In this document: in pieces, positions 1 to 13,900 of the stretch
How positions within the stretch are numbered: the first letter of the stretch is position 1
Layout of the letters: every line of letters starts with the position of its first letter
NCBI GenBank assembly: GCA_905331295.1
Contig: CAJNYD010000242.1
Coordinates: 62,001-126,000 of the forward strand
DNA length: 64,000 bases
Direction of reading: 5' to 3'
DNA from: Rotaria socialis
Taxonomy: Eukaryota
Notes under the pieces: model-generated
Databases searched by the model: none
Told to the model about the DNA's origin: nothing
What the model saw: only the letters and a program-made list of their open reading frames with translations
Made by a program: the position numbers and the translations under genes

Positions 1-479
1 ATCTATTTGAGTTTGCCATCTATGCAGTTATATACCTAGCTATTCTCTTGAGTTATTGATGAAAAATGAAGAAACCTGATTATACAATGGGCTCTAATAG
101 TGTCATTTTATAGGCTACTAATACATTGATAACAATAGTAGGAGAAAAAATAAAGAGACAAAATATGACGTAGGAGTGTTCTTTCACAACAAGATGAAAA
201 TAACATTTAGAGTTTGCTCTTGAATCTAACAACAAATAGACAAGATAAATTAAACTATTTCTATGTGTGAGTCAACATGACTCTATAATGATTACTTGTT
301 ATCTCGCGTCGTTTACAGGACTTATTTATCACAAAATGAAATATACTATCACCACTACTCTGATTTTTATCGTTACAGTATAAAAATGAATCCATATTTT
401 AAACAATACGAAGTATAGAACTAGTACGAATATAATGTTTGATTTAAATTTAAAAAAATCGTTTATGATATAGCTTATT

Positions 480-1464
480 CAAGTTTTCAATAACTTACAT
501 TCATCATTTTCAGGAACAACACTACCAAGAAAACATATCCAATATATTTTGGTGAATATTTATGTATGTCGTCCGTACCGTTTCACCTCGTTAGAAACAT
601 TGTTCATTTCATCTTGAAGACTTGCATATGACTGCATGGAACAATGACAAATAGCCGAGCGGGGTTTCAAAATTTACTCAATTTCACTCAATGTAGAACC
701 ATGTGCACCTTGTATATCATATTTTTTTTTCATGCCACAAAGTATCTAGCAAGAGAATCCGATGCATCAGCATCCTTTAAGTTATTTGAATAGAGAAATA
801 TTTTATAGAGCCTATCGAAATTATCATATATCTGTTTAGAATCTGAGCGATTGAGAGTACAGCCGATAAAAATAAGTGTCTTATATTGAAGTAATATTTG
901 TGAATATAATTATAATTTATTTTTCTTTTCTTTTCTTTTCTTTTCTTTTCTTTTCAGAAGCGCTACACGAGCAAACCATTTCAAACGGAATGAAGAAGTA
1001 CGCAGTGATAAGAGCCATTCTTAGCGTTGGTTCAGTTTTGCAATAAGTTTCTGCTGATTGTAATACTTCTTTCACATAAAAATGCTTAGTTGGTTCACAT
1101 CATCATATAGAAAACAAACTATTCCAAATCCAGACCGTTGATAAACTTTATTCATTAGTGTTATAGGATGCTTTGTTGAATTCGAATTCGATTCTCTGTA
1201 TCCAATTTCACTCAAGCTCTTGAAGTCGAAGACTTTTTGTTGCAAAGCATTGGCTGTCGCTACTGATCTGTATATTATTGTTTTATTAGTGATAAATAGA
1301 TCTTTTGTCGGTATCATCTTCTCCTTTTCATTCTTGAATGACAATTGAAATAAATCAAAATAAATAATCAATTTAGTCACCGCTATTATGAATATCAATA
1401 ATTTAAAACATCGAATTCGACAAAATTTTGCTGCTCTATGTTGAATCGAAATTATAACACTCAT
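480..1464 (-). pseudogene. Decayed type II membrane, glycosyltransferase-like gene
   Basis: ORF 1072-1464 has an N-terminal hydrophobic segment. A frameshift near 1080 continues it as ...FYVKEVLQSAETYCKTEPTLRMALITA, which resembles the first strand and helix of GT-A sugar transferases. Downstream frames contain stops. Left boundary is approximate. Confidence 0.35.
921..955. repeat. (TTTTC)n microsatellite
   Basis: About seven tandem TTTTC units are visible directly. Confidence 0.9.
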
Positions 1465-3030
1465 AATCCTCCAATCGCTGATGAGTCGTGCGTTTTTCTT
1501 AGGGAAAAATTGATATGTGAGAGAGTGGGGGAATGAATTGTGAGGAATTCGAATTCTATGTTAAACAATACATTGATTGGGTTGAGACGATTCGTAACGT
1601 TGATTCGTATAGTAAAGAAAATAATTCTTCAAAGTTGATGTTTCAATGTTTAGTAGACGTAAAAGTTTCCACCACCAGAAGCTTTAGAGTCTTATTCAGA
1701 AATGGACTAAAATAGCACTATAGGACACATTTAATAGATTATTTATAGTACTAAATTCTACTGTTAACTGATTCAATCTTATATACTGTCATTGTATAGC
1801 TACCAAAGAAGACTTTCTAACGATAAACTATAAACTTCTCATTTTTCCTTGGTCAAACTGGAATCTATAAGTTTTTACCGGTTTGCTCATACGAATTGAA
1901 GAAAAATTTCTAGAAATACGTAGAAAAACTGCTGAAGGAACTGAGAATTAACCGTTTTTGGAGAGCTGACTTTTCCCAGGTTTGCTTCTTCAGTTGAAAA
2001 AACATGCTTAAGAGTCGAAAATGACAATGAGTTGTTATGTTTACCGTTGATGAAGTTCGTTGAAGGTTGCTGGATGGTCTTAATAATTTGATCCTATGGT
2101 GTAGAAATTGTTCTTAGAATAAGTAGCGCAGATGATTGAATAGACGCTTATATTTTCCTTTTGCTTCTTTTCTAAAAATTAAACAAAGAAACTCAAATCA
2201 TATTTCAGCAAATCTTTGCAACTATCAATCAAAATATTCCATGTAAAACTATCATTGCGATCTCCTCTTTGTAAACAGCCGGTGATGATCGATAATTATG
2301 GAACAGTCTGCCATTTTACATAAATGTAGATACATCTCCTTACTTGAGACACTGAAAGCTTTTGCTCTACATATTCAACTTCTAGACAATTTTTAGATCC
2401 AGAAACAGAACGAATTAACTTGCTATCTGTGAAATATTCTTTAAAAAAACAACTAATAATAAATCGTAGGTCGTGACTAAAACCAATTTGAATTATATAT
2501 GTTTTATTCCATATTTTTAAACGTAATCTATTGACGATTCGTTAATAGAATTGTCTCCAATAAATCATTCTTTAATCATGTAAAAAGTATAACATGCACA
2601 TTTTGATGTAAATAAATAGATAAATTCTCTCTATTCAACTGGCAATTGAATGAATGCGAAGTAGCATCTCAACGAAATAACATCGTTCAGTATTATGCAA
2701 CATTTTATTTGCTTCAATATTGACCGACATATATTTGTATAGACATCATTTTATCTTTTACGATGTACTGTAACAAAAGCATACTGATAAATTCGAATTC
2801 GCTGACGAAACGTCATCAAATAAAATTTTAATAAAAACATATAGAAAAGAAAAATCTGCATAAGAAAACATCCAGCTATAGATGACCGGCTAAATATACT
2901 GCACATATAAACTAGTTCAAATAGTTTGAATGATAATAAAAGTAACTAGGGGATCTGAATGCTTATGAAGAATGAATATCAACGAGGTGTAAAAGTGATT
3001 ATTTGTTATTTTACTTTCATCGTATTTTTT

Positions 3031-3347
3031 GGTTGGCCGTCCAAAGGTCGAAAGGAAAAACGTCGAAAAATCGATGGGGAAACATGTCGAAAAAAAATAT
3101 ATTGTTGTAGAAAATGATCGAAAAGAGTGTTTTCGAATTCTGACTTGAGAGAAGTATGTTTCATTGTGTACGTTAATACTAACATATGATAATCGAAATA
3201 TATTCATTTACTATTAGCAATTGTTTTCCTTTNTTTCGTTTATTTCGAATTTTGTCATTTTTTTTTGTGGTAATATGTATTGTTCGACGTTTTTCTCTTT
3301 TTATATTTTTTTCGACATTTTTCCTTTCGACCTTTCTACGGCACACC
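3031..3347. mobile_element. Non-autonomous MITE, Mutator-like
   Basis: About 40-bp imperfect TIRs (ggttggccgtccaaaggtcgaaaggaaaaacgtcgaaaaa / ttttttcgacatttttcctttcgacctttctacggcacacc). Flanked by an 8-9 bp direct repeat tatttttt(g) at 3023 and 3348. Confidence 0.85.
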
Positions 3348-4702
3348 TATTTTTTGTCTCTCGATTCACTTGAGTGTACAACAAAATAAAATATTATAGT
3401 ATGTTTCTATCTTATATATTATCATGTTTGTATACACATTCTTGTAAGTTGCAACACAAGTCCACATGACCATGATCTAGGTAGACCAGACTCGCATCGA
3501 AAAGCTATTTTACATATTTGTACTTTCATTCGTATGACCAGGGTGTGTGGGTGTGGGTGTTGATTAGAAGAACACCCACACCCTCTACATAATGTTGATT
3601 GTTCCTAAATATATTGCTGACTTATCGTGAATAAAAATAATAAGCAATATCAGTGATGAAAAGACTGTAAACATAAAAGAAGTATTGGAGACAATTACGA
3701 TTTTTAAAAATTGCATACGTTTCTAGATAAATTTCTAAATAGGAGAGATCTGCTCAAGGTTGCTCTTGTAGTTTTAACTTTTTTATGCGAAATAATGATC
3801 ATGCGATCTGTATTCAACAAAAAATACGTGGCGATGGATTGGATTATTTTGTCGCAATATACCTTTAGCCATGATATTTAGATTCCTCACATGCTATCGT
3901 GATTCACGACATTATACCCATGTTGCGAATACCGGATCATTTTTTGCGGTAAACCGCGGTATTTATTAAATGGGTAGTCATGGTTGAATGAATGTATCAT
4001 TAGTTGGAAAATTTTCTCATTATCATGTGTGCTGTTAAGGAAGTAAATCATCATAGTGTCATATGCAAGATAAATAGCGTATGCTAAATGCTTTTTAATC
4101 ATCAATCGATACGATATTTTTTCCACAAATATCAATCATTACAAGTAGGAAATCGCTCAAAATACTTGTCTACTATAACTTAGCTTTTAAGATGATAGCT
4201 TTGCTACCTAATCTTTTTAATTTGTGGCAGCTTGCTCAAAAAATTTCCAGTAGAGATCATTTTAAACTTAAATTTTGTATATAAATATATTTTATGACTA
4301 TTTGAGAGTACTGTAAAATTTTAAACTCCAACCGATCGTTCTCTCTCAAAATATTGCATTGCTCAAGATAATAATTTCGCTCATCTTTTCTTATAATACA
4401 CTCTCATAACTAGAATCATCAGTCATTAGTATGCATACGTTGAATGCAGGTCTACATGAATAATATACTTTTATTAAATAACTGTTATGCTAGTGAGGTT
4501 CTCTTTTCGTAATTTTTTCCGGCTTATAATACGTCAGTGTCGTCCACAACTTAATCTGTCAATAAGAGTTATTTAATTTGAGCAGTTCTATCTGATCCAC
4601 TATTTTGTTTTTAAACAACATCGATTAGAATTTTGTTATTGTAGAAAAAATTAATATCGAAAAATAAACATGACGTTTGTTTTCAAAAGACAATAATTAC
4701 AC

Positions 4703-5680
4703 ATGGGCAGTTCACATTCCTTGTCAATACCGCGCCACTGCGCAAATATTCGTACAAAAGATGGAAAGACATTTAAATTCACGTATCATGCATTGGTGGA
4801 TCATATTGTATTGCTGCGTCAAGTGGCAGTACATCCAGAAATGACTCAACCAGGAGAAACATTGAATTATTTCATCGCAGATTATTGTCGACGCTTTGCT
4901 AACCGAAAGATTACAAATAGGCATCAACAACGGCGGCTTCCATGGCAAATCGAATGGATTTGGCATGTTCACCGTCTTCATCCAGTTGAGTATCATAAAG
5001 ATTTTTCAACGCTATGGCCGCAAGATGAACTGTTCGATAAAAAATACACAAGGCTAAGAATACGAAAAAATAATAGGAATCATGCGATTCGTTTGTCCAA
5101 ATCAAAATCAAATCCAACAAAATTTACTCCTTCACTTGATTTAGAGAGTGCCGTAATTCGACAACGAGATTTTCTTGAAAAATTTAAACAACATCCAATC
5201 TATTCAAGGAATTTGAGCGAATCCTTTCAAGATTCTTTCGAAAAAATGGTACAAAATTATATTTCATTTTTGAAACTAGCCAGAGAAGGAGAAATGATTG
5301 TGCCGACATTTGATGTCGATTTAATATGGCATACACATATGAGATTTCCATCATCCTATAGAAAAACATGTATAGCTTTATGTGGTTTTGTTCTCAATCA
5401 TAATGACGCAATTGAAGCTAATATACTGAAGGATGCCTATGAGAAAACAGCTGACCGATGGATGCAGACTTACAACGTTAGCTATGGCAAAGACGTTTCC
5501 GTGGATAGATTACGCGAAACGCAATATATAAGTTCGTGTGCAATCATTGTTGCAACTATCTTAACAAACTCATCCGGTGTGGTTGGGGGTGATAGTTGTG
5601 GTGATGTTGGTGGCTGTGGTGGAATTGGTGGTTGCGGTGGTNGCGGTGGTGGCTGCGGTGGCGGCTGCGGTGGCGACTAA
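4703..5680 (+). CDS. Glycine-rich domain-containing protein (GRDP/DUF1399-like)
   Basis: Intronless 325-aa ORF with two GRDP-type motifs (IEWIWHVHRLHPVEY and VPTFDVDLIWHTHMRFPSSY) and a C-terminal (GGCG)n tail. Starts MGSSHS, a myristoylation-like sequence. Confidence 0.85.
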   Translation: MGSSHSLSIPRHCANIRTKDGKTFKFTYHALVDHIVLLRQVAVHPEMTQPGETLNYFIADYCRRFANRKITNRHQQRRLPWQIEWIWHVHRLHPVEYHKDFSTLWPQDELFDKKYTRLRIRKNNRNHAIRLSKSKSNPTKFTPSLDLESAVIRQRDFLEKFKQHPIYSRNLSESFQDSFEKMVQNYISFLKLAREGEMIVPTFDVDLIWHTHMRFPSSYRKTCIALCGFVLNHNDAIEANILKDAYEKTADRWMQTYNVSYGKDVSVDRLRETQYISSCAIIVATILTNSSGVVGGDSCGDVGGCGGIGGCGGXGGGCGGGCGGD

Positions 5681-7547
5681 ATATCGTGGTTATTTTTTTA
5701 ATCAAAGGACACTAGATATTTCCTTGTTGAGAAAATTTAGGTTTCGCAGTAAAATAAATATTTTGCACTACGAAGATTTCTCAATTTTGAGTTACATAGT
5801 TGGAAATACTGAATTGAAGAGATGAAAATCGTCTCATGAGAAAACCAGGTATTTTTGACTCCGGATTTTCTGTTCTGATCTGCTATTAGGATAACCAGCA
5901 CCCTAATTTTGACAGGTACAAAAAGTTCACGGTCAGTTTTGAAATCTCAAAAGGATGATTTTAGTCGAATTATATGGCGCCATCATCATCTAATTTTGAG
6001 TATTTTGCTCAAATAGGTATCTCAAAAAACAGTTAGCAATAGTCGTTTAGGAAATTTGAGAATTCTGGAATGTTTAGATTTGAGAGACACCAAAATAGGG
6101 ATTTCTCAATACCAGATATTGAAAATTCTAACGTATACATCTTGATAGGCTTTATATAATTGCATGATGTTACTTGATGAAGTAGTACTTAAATATAGAA
6201 ACATATCATATAAGTTGGATTTATTTTTGTTTCCGACTCTGCGTTCGAAAAGTGACGTGTTTTGTATAGTAAACAATCACGATGTAAATTTCAATATTTG
6301 TTTTTATTTAATTCAATATAGACTAATAAGAGAAAAAAGTCGATTATATTGACTAGTTCTAGTTTTCTTGAGAGTAGTTTCGATATTGTGACGAGAATTT
6401 GGTTATGAGAAAAACGACTACTCATTCCTAAAGATAGAAAAAGAATAAGCTCCTGACGGTTCGAGAAATACGAGTTGTTTGGCATCTTATTAACTTTGAA
6501 CATGTGTGCAATGGAGTCCAATACATCACTCGATTATGGCTCAAAAGAGTCATGTGACAATGATCAGCATCGCCGAGCACAAATACGGGTCTGTTTAATC
6601 CTGATAGGTACTCATTACTTATGTCATGAAAACTTCTAATTAACAATTTTATCCCATGATTAATTAAAATATAGTGTCATAACTAACTTTACAATTGTTT
6701 TTATTTAAAATTTCGTCGAAATGTTAAATTCATCGCTGAATGAAAATCATCACAGTAGGATACATTCGTTCGATACTGAGTTCTAAGTTTCTTCGGTTTA
6801 TAATAGCTTATGTTATATCTAGACTTAAAATAAATTCTAGGTGAATGCTTTATGAATTGAGTAAGAGAATCAAAGAAATATTTGATTCCTTGAAAAGATG
6901 TCTATTATATTATATTTCTCATTGATATCTAATCTCGTCAAGACGAAATGTATTCCTTGATTGTATATGATCGATCGTTGACTTGTAATGTGAACATATT
7001 TTTTTCAGATCATATTCAACATATCGATATTAATATACTTCACCATTGAATTATGTTAACAGAAAATATTAATTCATAAGCTGAACCATATTGTGATTAA
7101 TCCGCTTTTCTTTGAAATATCGAAAATTTGATTAGATTTCAATTTTGAATTCCATAAGGATTATACTAGCAGTTTTCTTTGATAGATTTTTCTTGCGTGA
7201 AATTTAATAAACGTAAAACTATGAAACCGGTCTATATCTGCACCAATTAGTCTATTAGCAACTGGTTGATCTATCGATAATTAGTAGATACTCGAAAAAA
7301 CTTTCTCTATAAACCATTTTCTGTCATTATGAACAAGATATCTACGATATTTTTCAAGCAAACAACGATATTATTGTACGACGAGGATGTGTGCATTGCA
7401 CATATACAATAGCATCAAATCGAATCTGCTTTAAATGAAACGCATGTAATTGTTTTTCTCTTATACCAATTGAAAGAAAGGCTTAATAGATTTGTTTTCT
7501 TCTTGATGATAAAATATATTTTGTAAATTGAGAAATCTAATCAAGAA

Positions 7548-8697
7548 ATGCTTTTCATTGTTGTCTGCCTTTTGGTATTCTCTTACTCTGCACATGGTCA
7601 ACCTACTGGTAAACATTTATTCTTGTCTTATGATCAATTAGAGAAATAAACATTTGCATACTATAGATGCTTATCGCAGCTGGTCAGGTGCTAATTCATT
7701 TTTTGCATGGGCTCTTCCTCAAGATGATCAAATAACATTGATTAATACATTACGTGAAAAAAATGTTCGTGTCATACGAATATTTTTAGCGACCATTGAC
7801 AATGGTCAAGCAGGTTCACGTGCGATAGCAGCCAATGATATCGAAAGATACCGCACAGGTTCACCGTACACAGATAGTGATATGTTAACACGCGTTGATC
7901 AATTTATAAGGAATATTGATTTCTATGGCGCTGGACGTATTAAACTAATAATAGCTCTTCATGATCGTTATTCTCTAGGATGTTATGCGTACAAAGCTGA
8001 TAGCTATGTATCAAAATATGGAATACCAACAGCAAGTGAATGTTCACCACCAAATGACGCATCGAAATTTTATTCAAACGAACAAGCTAAAACGGATTTT
8101 GTTAATCGATTGAGATATTTACTAGATCATGTTAATCCACATTTCGTACAACGATGGGGATCGTTAAATCGTGTTATATTCTCGTTTCAGATAGAAAACG
8201 AGAGTCAAGGTCACATGTCAACATTTAATGCTCGTTGGATGTGTGATATAAATACGCAAATTCGGTCATTCGTAAATAATGGAGTGCTTCTGTCAACAGG
8301 TGGTGATGTTGATTTTGGTTTAAGTCTTCGTCTTGAAAATTTTCAATGTTCTGCACTTGATTTAATATCTTTACATGACTATACAACGAATGAAGATTAT
8401 TCTCGGGGAAAATTTCAAGAAGCGATTCAATTAGCACAACAATACGGGAAAAGAGTTTATGTGGAAGAATTCGGTGGACGTGGTGACGCAGAAATGGCTC
8501 AAGCGTTGAATAGAATTGCAGCAACAGCACATCAACAGGGCCTACCCTGGCTAGTATGGCAAATTGTGCCCAATGCAAGATCAGGAGATTATGAATTTTT
8601 TACTAAAGATCGAATAGCTTGGACAGCATTTGAACATCAAGCTTACTGGGCGCAAATGTCATCATCAACTTTTCAATGGCCAGAAATTTGGAATTAA
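7548..8697 (+). CDS. Secreted glycoside hydrolase family 5 (beta-mannanase/cellulase-like), 2 exons: 7548-7608 and 7667-8697
   Basis: Exon 1 encodes signal peptide MLFIVVCLLVFSYSAHG. A 58-nt GT-AG phase-1 intron joins in frame to the 347-aa ORF. GH-A motifs: IENE (acid/base), SLHDY, VEEFG (nucleophile), WQ. Confidence 0.85.
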
Positions 8698-9005
8698 AAA
8701 AAAACGCAGTTGACTATCATTCTCTTTCCCAGTAATGATATCATGATTCAATAAATATTGCCTGAAATGAATTTTAAAAGTAATATAACGAGAAAGTTTT
8801 AGATTTCCCACCCCTTTTTTACCCACTTGATCAGTATAACTGCCCGATTAAATTGCAATGAAGCAGGATCAATATTGTACTTGTAATTTACCTATCTGCT
8901 CTATTTATCCCGATACATTCTGATGAATGTGAATATGATTATGAGTATAGTTTGATTAGCAGTAATAGATAAGTACATGTGAAGAGAACACAAACAATAG
9001 CAACC

Positions 9006-9334
9006 ATATTAGCCGGGGATAGCGTAGTGGTTCTATGCATCTGATTCTTAGTCAGACAGGAGAAGGTTCGATTCTTTCCCCCGGCTCGGTGTCTTCGGAG
9101 TCAAAATATACAGTATCGGAAGAATAAACAAAGGAAGAACAGCAATGCACGGCAACCGCGTCATCACTGCCGCGACTTCGATTTTCGTTCTATTCGTTTT
9201 CTCTTCCTTGCCATTCTTTCTCTGTTTGTTATCGTAGTCCTATCTGTCGACTTGTTTCGTAAGCGTCCGCAAAAATTGTACAAAAATCACGAAAAAATGT
9301 ATGGATGTCACGAATAGAATTCAGCACAAATAAA
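9006..9334 (+). mobile_element. tRNA-derived SINE
   Basis: tRNA-like head 9012-9086 with A box TAGCGTAGTGG and B box GGTTCGATTC, about 250 bp of unrelated body, and an A-rich end. A perfect 14-bp direct repeat aaacaatagcaacc lies at 8992-9005 and 9335-9348. Confidence 0.8.
9012..9086 (+). tRNA. tRNA-Lys(CTT)-like cloverleaf; probably the SINE head rather than a functional tRNA
   Basis: Acceptor GCCGGGG/CCCCGGC, anticodon stem TCTGA/TCAGA with loop TTCTTAG, T arm GAAGG-TTCGATT-CTTTC. There is one extra base before the D arm and no oligo-T terminator immediately downstream. Confidence 0.5.
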
Positions 9335-10912
9335 AAACAATAGCAACCGTATATATTTCTGTTCACAAAAGCAAATACTGATGATTTATTCGTTGGCACA
9401 TTGCTACAGTAGAACGATCCTCGATAAGATCAGTATCACTAATCAAAATACTCAAAAGTGAAACAAACATCAGCACTGCAAATATCCATGCAAAATTCTG
9501 ATGTTTTGAACTCTATTTTATTGATGGTAACACCGTGAGAATGATCAAACAGCTTTTAAATAAATGTGCATTCTACATGAAAGCGTTTACGATTATTTTA
9601 GCACGCGATGATGTTAACTGTTTTGGTAAAATCATTGATAGTAGTCATTTCCTCCGTCATCGTGATTGCTTTTACATATTTTACGTCTATTCAATTGAGA
9701 TACAAGTTATTGATAACGTGCTTGAGATGAAAACATCATGAGTCACTAGAAGTATTTTTCCATCCAACTTATCATAGTAGAAATCAATCTTGAAGTGACA
9801 AAATCATTCATGCATGCGAGAGAAAACGAGAGAAAATGAATATATGTTTATAAATAATTTATAAATGCAACATTAGTAAACTATTTAATATCAAAATAAA
9901 GTCTCTTACTCTGCATTACTATACAAAAAAATACGAACAAGCAAATTCACAGCACATGTTTTAAATTCAAGAACACATCAGAACATTTTATTTTTCTTAA
10001 TTTCTGTATAAAGCATCAGTAAGTGAATAAGTTGCGGCTTAACTAAAGTATAACTCACAAATAATAACGACTGTATTTCTTAGAAATCCTTAAACAAGGC
10101 GAAACAGTAAAATTCAATTACAATAAAGTACATTAAATTAACGTCTAAAACATATTAGACAACAATGAAGTACTTTCAAATTTGCATAGGAGAAATAAAA
10201 AGTAGTTTGAAGTGTTCTTAAGTAATCCAATTTAAATTCAAGTAACTTACAAAGTACGTCGTTTTCTCCTTGATTCCATAAAATAATGAAATTAGTCCAT
10301 GCGTACATGAGGTCTTCGATGTTCAAAACGCTGAGTGAAAGTGCCTAGTAGTAGTAGTAGCATGCTGACAAGGTCATTGAGAGGCGCTCATCGAGTTGCG
10401 GAAAGAGAAAAAGATGAATATTCTCACGCTGCACTTCAATTTTTATTGTAATGATAGTATTTCATAAAATAATAGCTCGTCTACTACAGAGAAAAATACT
10501 GTGTCAAGATTTTTTTTCTACGCTCTTTAAGAAAACAAAAACTTCCTCTGATGACATTTGGGTTTGCAAATGAAAATCCCTACGGATGTAACAATATCTC
10601 TGGAGTAAGTCCTGATAATTGTACTTACACTCCCATCCTAGTAAAAGACTGAGTATCATAACTATTGCTGGTTTTAAAAGAATACGTTTTTTTGCAGTGA
10701 ATTACGTCGATTTCTCTTTAGTTTCGTGGGGATTTCACAAGTATACTGTTAGTAAAAAAGACCCTGTAGAAAATCTGAAAACACACATCTTACTGTTATT
10801 GTAATAGTTTTAGGTCCTACTATTGGTAGATACTTGAGTTGATAAGATTGAATAAGATTACTCAATAGTTGTCTCAAAGATACAAGCTCACTGTTTGCTT
10901 TTTTTTTCAGAA

Positions 10913-13900
10913 ATGGCTACATTTTATACCTGCATGAGATGTAGCAATGAAGGAGTACGCATATGTACTGGTTGTAACGGTCACTTTTGCCAGCGTGATT
11001 TCTTGATCCATCGGCAAATTTTGGCTAAAGAGTTCGAAAATATTAAATTACAAGGAAATAAACTTATTGAACAAATCACCAAGTTAAATCAACCAAATAA
11101 AGTTCAGCAATCTCTAGTGTCCGAAATACAAAAGTGGCATGACACTACAGTCGACAGAACTCGTCGGGCAGCTATTAAAGTGCGCGATGAAGTTAATACA
11201 ATGATACAGCAAAACATAGTCAACATTAAGAAAGGACTTACCGAACTGGACCAAGAACTTATTGAAAGCTTTGGTTCAGATAGAATTATGGAAGAAAATA
11301 TAGAACAACTACGTGAAAAAATTCGCCGCCTTCGAAGTGATTTCGAAAAATCATGCGATCCAGCATCCATTGTAGTCAATGTAGAGCCAAGCACGCGTAT
11401 CGATTGGAATCATGTGATTCATGTTGAAGATAAATCCAGTGGCCGTAAGGTAAATTTGCGTTAAATTTAAACAATTATCAACATCTAACTTCGACTACTA
11501 ATGATAAAAAAAAGATCAGTGAATACTTTTCTCAGGTAAATATTCATTCCATTTGCTTGTGCAAAACTTCATCCTCAAGAAAATAATTATTGCTGAACAC
11601 TGAAACAAAGAAGAAGAAAAGCTCTAGTTTCTTCAATTTCATATCTTTTAGCTACGCACAATTTATGATTCATAATTCGTTTGAATTTCATTGGTGATTC
11701 AGGCTGAAGTCAATTTTTTCTGTCTGAACTATTCACAAAGCAACACGAACAGCACTGTTAACAATATGCAGTCAAGTTAAAAAGCGCTAACTCGTCACGA
11801 GAAAAAGACTAATACCATGAAGATCATATTTTAAATGTTCTATTCTTTTTGATTTTCCAATGCTTTCTTCAAATAAGTTCATAATATTACTGCGTCACTA
11901 GTTCAGCAAATATATTTCAACAAATCACTGAAAGTACTATCAAGTTTACTCTCTTAGAATTATTTTCGACTAGACAAATCTTTTTGAATTAAATATTTTC
12001 AAGGTGGTTTGCAGTGATCTGAAAAAAGAAATGACTTCATCCATTTTATGTTAGTTTATCAATGAGAAATTGTCACTAAATTTACGTTGAGCTCCATGTA
12101 ACAAAAAAAAAGACCTTTAGATAATTATGAAGCAATCTCAATTTCGATAGATATGCATCGCAGTCGAGTGAAGGAAAAGAAGTTAAAAATTGAACTGAAC
12201 CTGACCGATAATCAGTCACGCACAATGAAAACTATTGATTTTGATGCAAAAAACTACCATGATAACTAAGTTAATTACAGGCATTAGGAATTTATGCGAT
12301 CATGAAAAGCATTTAGCATTAATTAGAAAAACTAAATAAATTTTGTGATAGGAAAAAGCTCAATTAAGTATTCACTGTTCTAGCCGAAGCAGTAAAAAGA
12401 GTACGCAATTTTAACTGATAATAAGTAAATGAGAGTGCATAGTATCCAGCATTTTTTCTTTTCGTGACCATTCGAATAGCTAAGATTGATTTCATTCAGG
12501 TTGACGTATCTTGCTTGTCAGCCAATATTAATTGCCCATGGAAAGGACCACAATATCAATTAGGAACTCATCTGACCACGTGTGCATTTGAACCGTTACG
12601 ATTGAAAATGGACGAAATCAAAGTTGCAAATAAAGAACTTATGGACAAAAATGATCAGTGCCATGAAACAATCAATCACGAGCAAGCGAAAATTGTAAAA
12701 TTGAAGAAAAAGTTAGAAAAACGTAAAAATCAAGTAAAAGCACTTAAAAGTCAAATTCAATCACAGAATAATCAAATAAAAACACTTCAAAATCAAATTC
12801 GAGAAGAACAAAATAAAACAAAACCACTTCAAAGTCAAATTGGGGCACAAAATATTCGCATTAAATCGCAAGAAAACCAAATTAAAATGTTTCAGGATCA
12901 AATTGGAAAAGAACAAAATACAACAAAACCACCACACAGTCAAGTTGTGATGCAGAATGATCGAATCGAAACACCGAATAATCAAATTAAAGAAAAGGAA
13001 AAGGAAAAGGAAAAAGAAAAAGAAAATGTACCTCCAACACAGAAAATTAGTACTCCATCAGGCTTGCAATATGTACCACCTGAATTTCTTAGCGGAAAAC
13101 AAGATATTGGTATGTTACTTATTTAGCCTAATAACCAAATTGTCGGAAATGCGCCATTATGTTGAGTTCATTATCATAAGAGAAAGGGCTAAAACCACAA
13201 TCCAAGTTTGAGTTTGTTGTGTCTATCCATTTCTCGAGTACTTGGGTACACCGAACCTACTAGTTCTTTTTCTCTTATCAGAAGAAAATTTGATACTATG
13301 CAGAGTTTCAATTGAATCCATTTGAATCTACAGGATAGTTGACACTGAGTATCCAGAAAAAATAATTAACTGCATTCTTCTCTCGTTTATAATCTAAACC
13401 TGAGAGAAACAGAATCAAATAGATGCTCAATTTCATTCAGACGCATAATCATCATTCTCAGAAAAATTTAACGGTTTACAAAAGTCACACAAGAGATTAC
13501 TTAAAAATGACTATCAGAACAATCCTTGGTAGATTCCATGCATGCTTTAGATTCAGGCTACTCCAAAGATATGGCCCATGTTTATTATATGGGTAAAACA
13601 GTCGATGGTGCGTTAACCATGTCATTCAAATCAATCGGCGGTGGCTATGGCAAAGATGCTATGAATGTGTATTATATGGGTAAACAAATCCAAGGTGCAA
13701 TAACTGTATCATTCGAATCACTTGGAGGCGGCTATGCTCGAGATACATCTAGTGTTTATTATCTGGACAGTAAGGTTGACGGCGCAAATCCTTGGGCATT
13801 TCAATCTATAGGTGGCGGCTATGGTAAAGATGCGTCTCAGTTTTATTACATGGGTAAACCGACTAATGGCGTAAATCCTTGGTTATTTCAATCCCTCGAA

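Noticed and set aside
1072..1074. TGA as selenocysteine or readthrough codon
   Set aside because: The same frame stops again soon after; the plausible continuation is in another frame, indicating a frameshift.
9012..9086. Functional or suppressor tRNA (loop TTCTTAG contains TTA)
   Set aside because: The 7-nt loop centres on CTT, there is an extra base before the D arm and no adjacent terminator, and the flanking TSD indicates a SINE.
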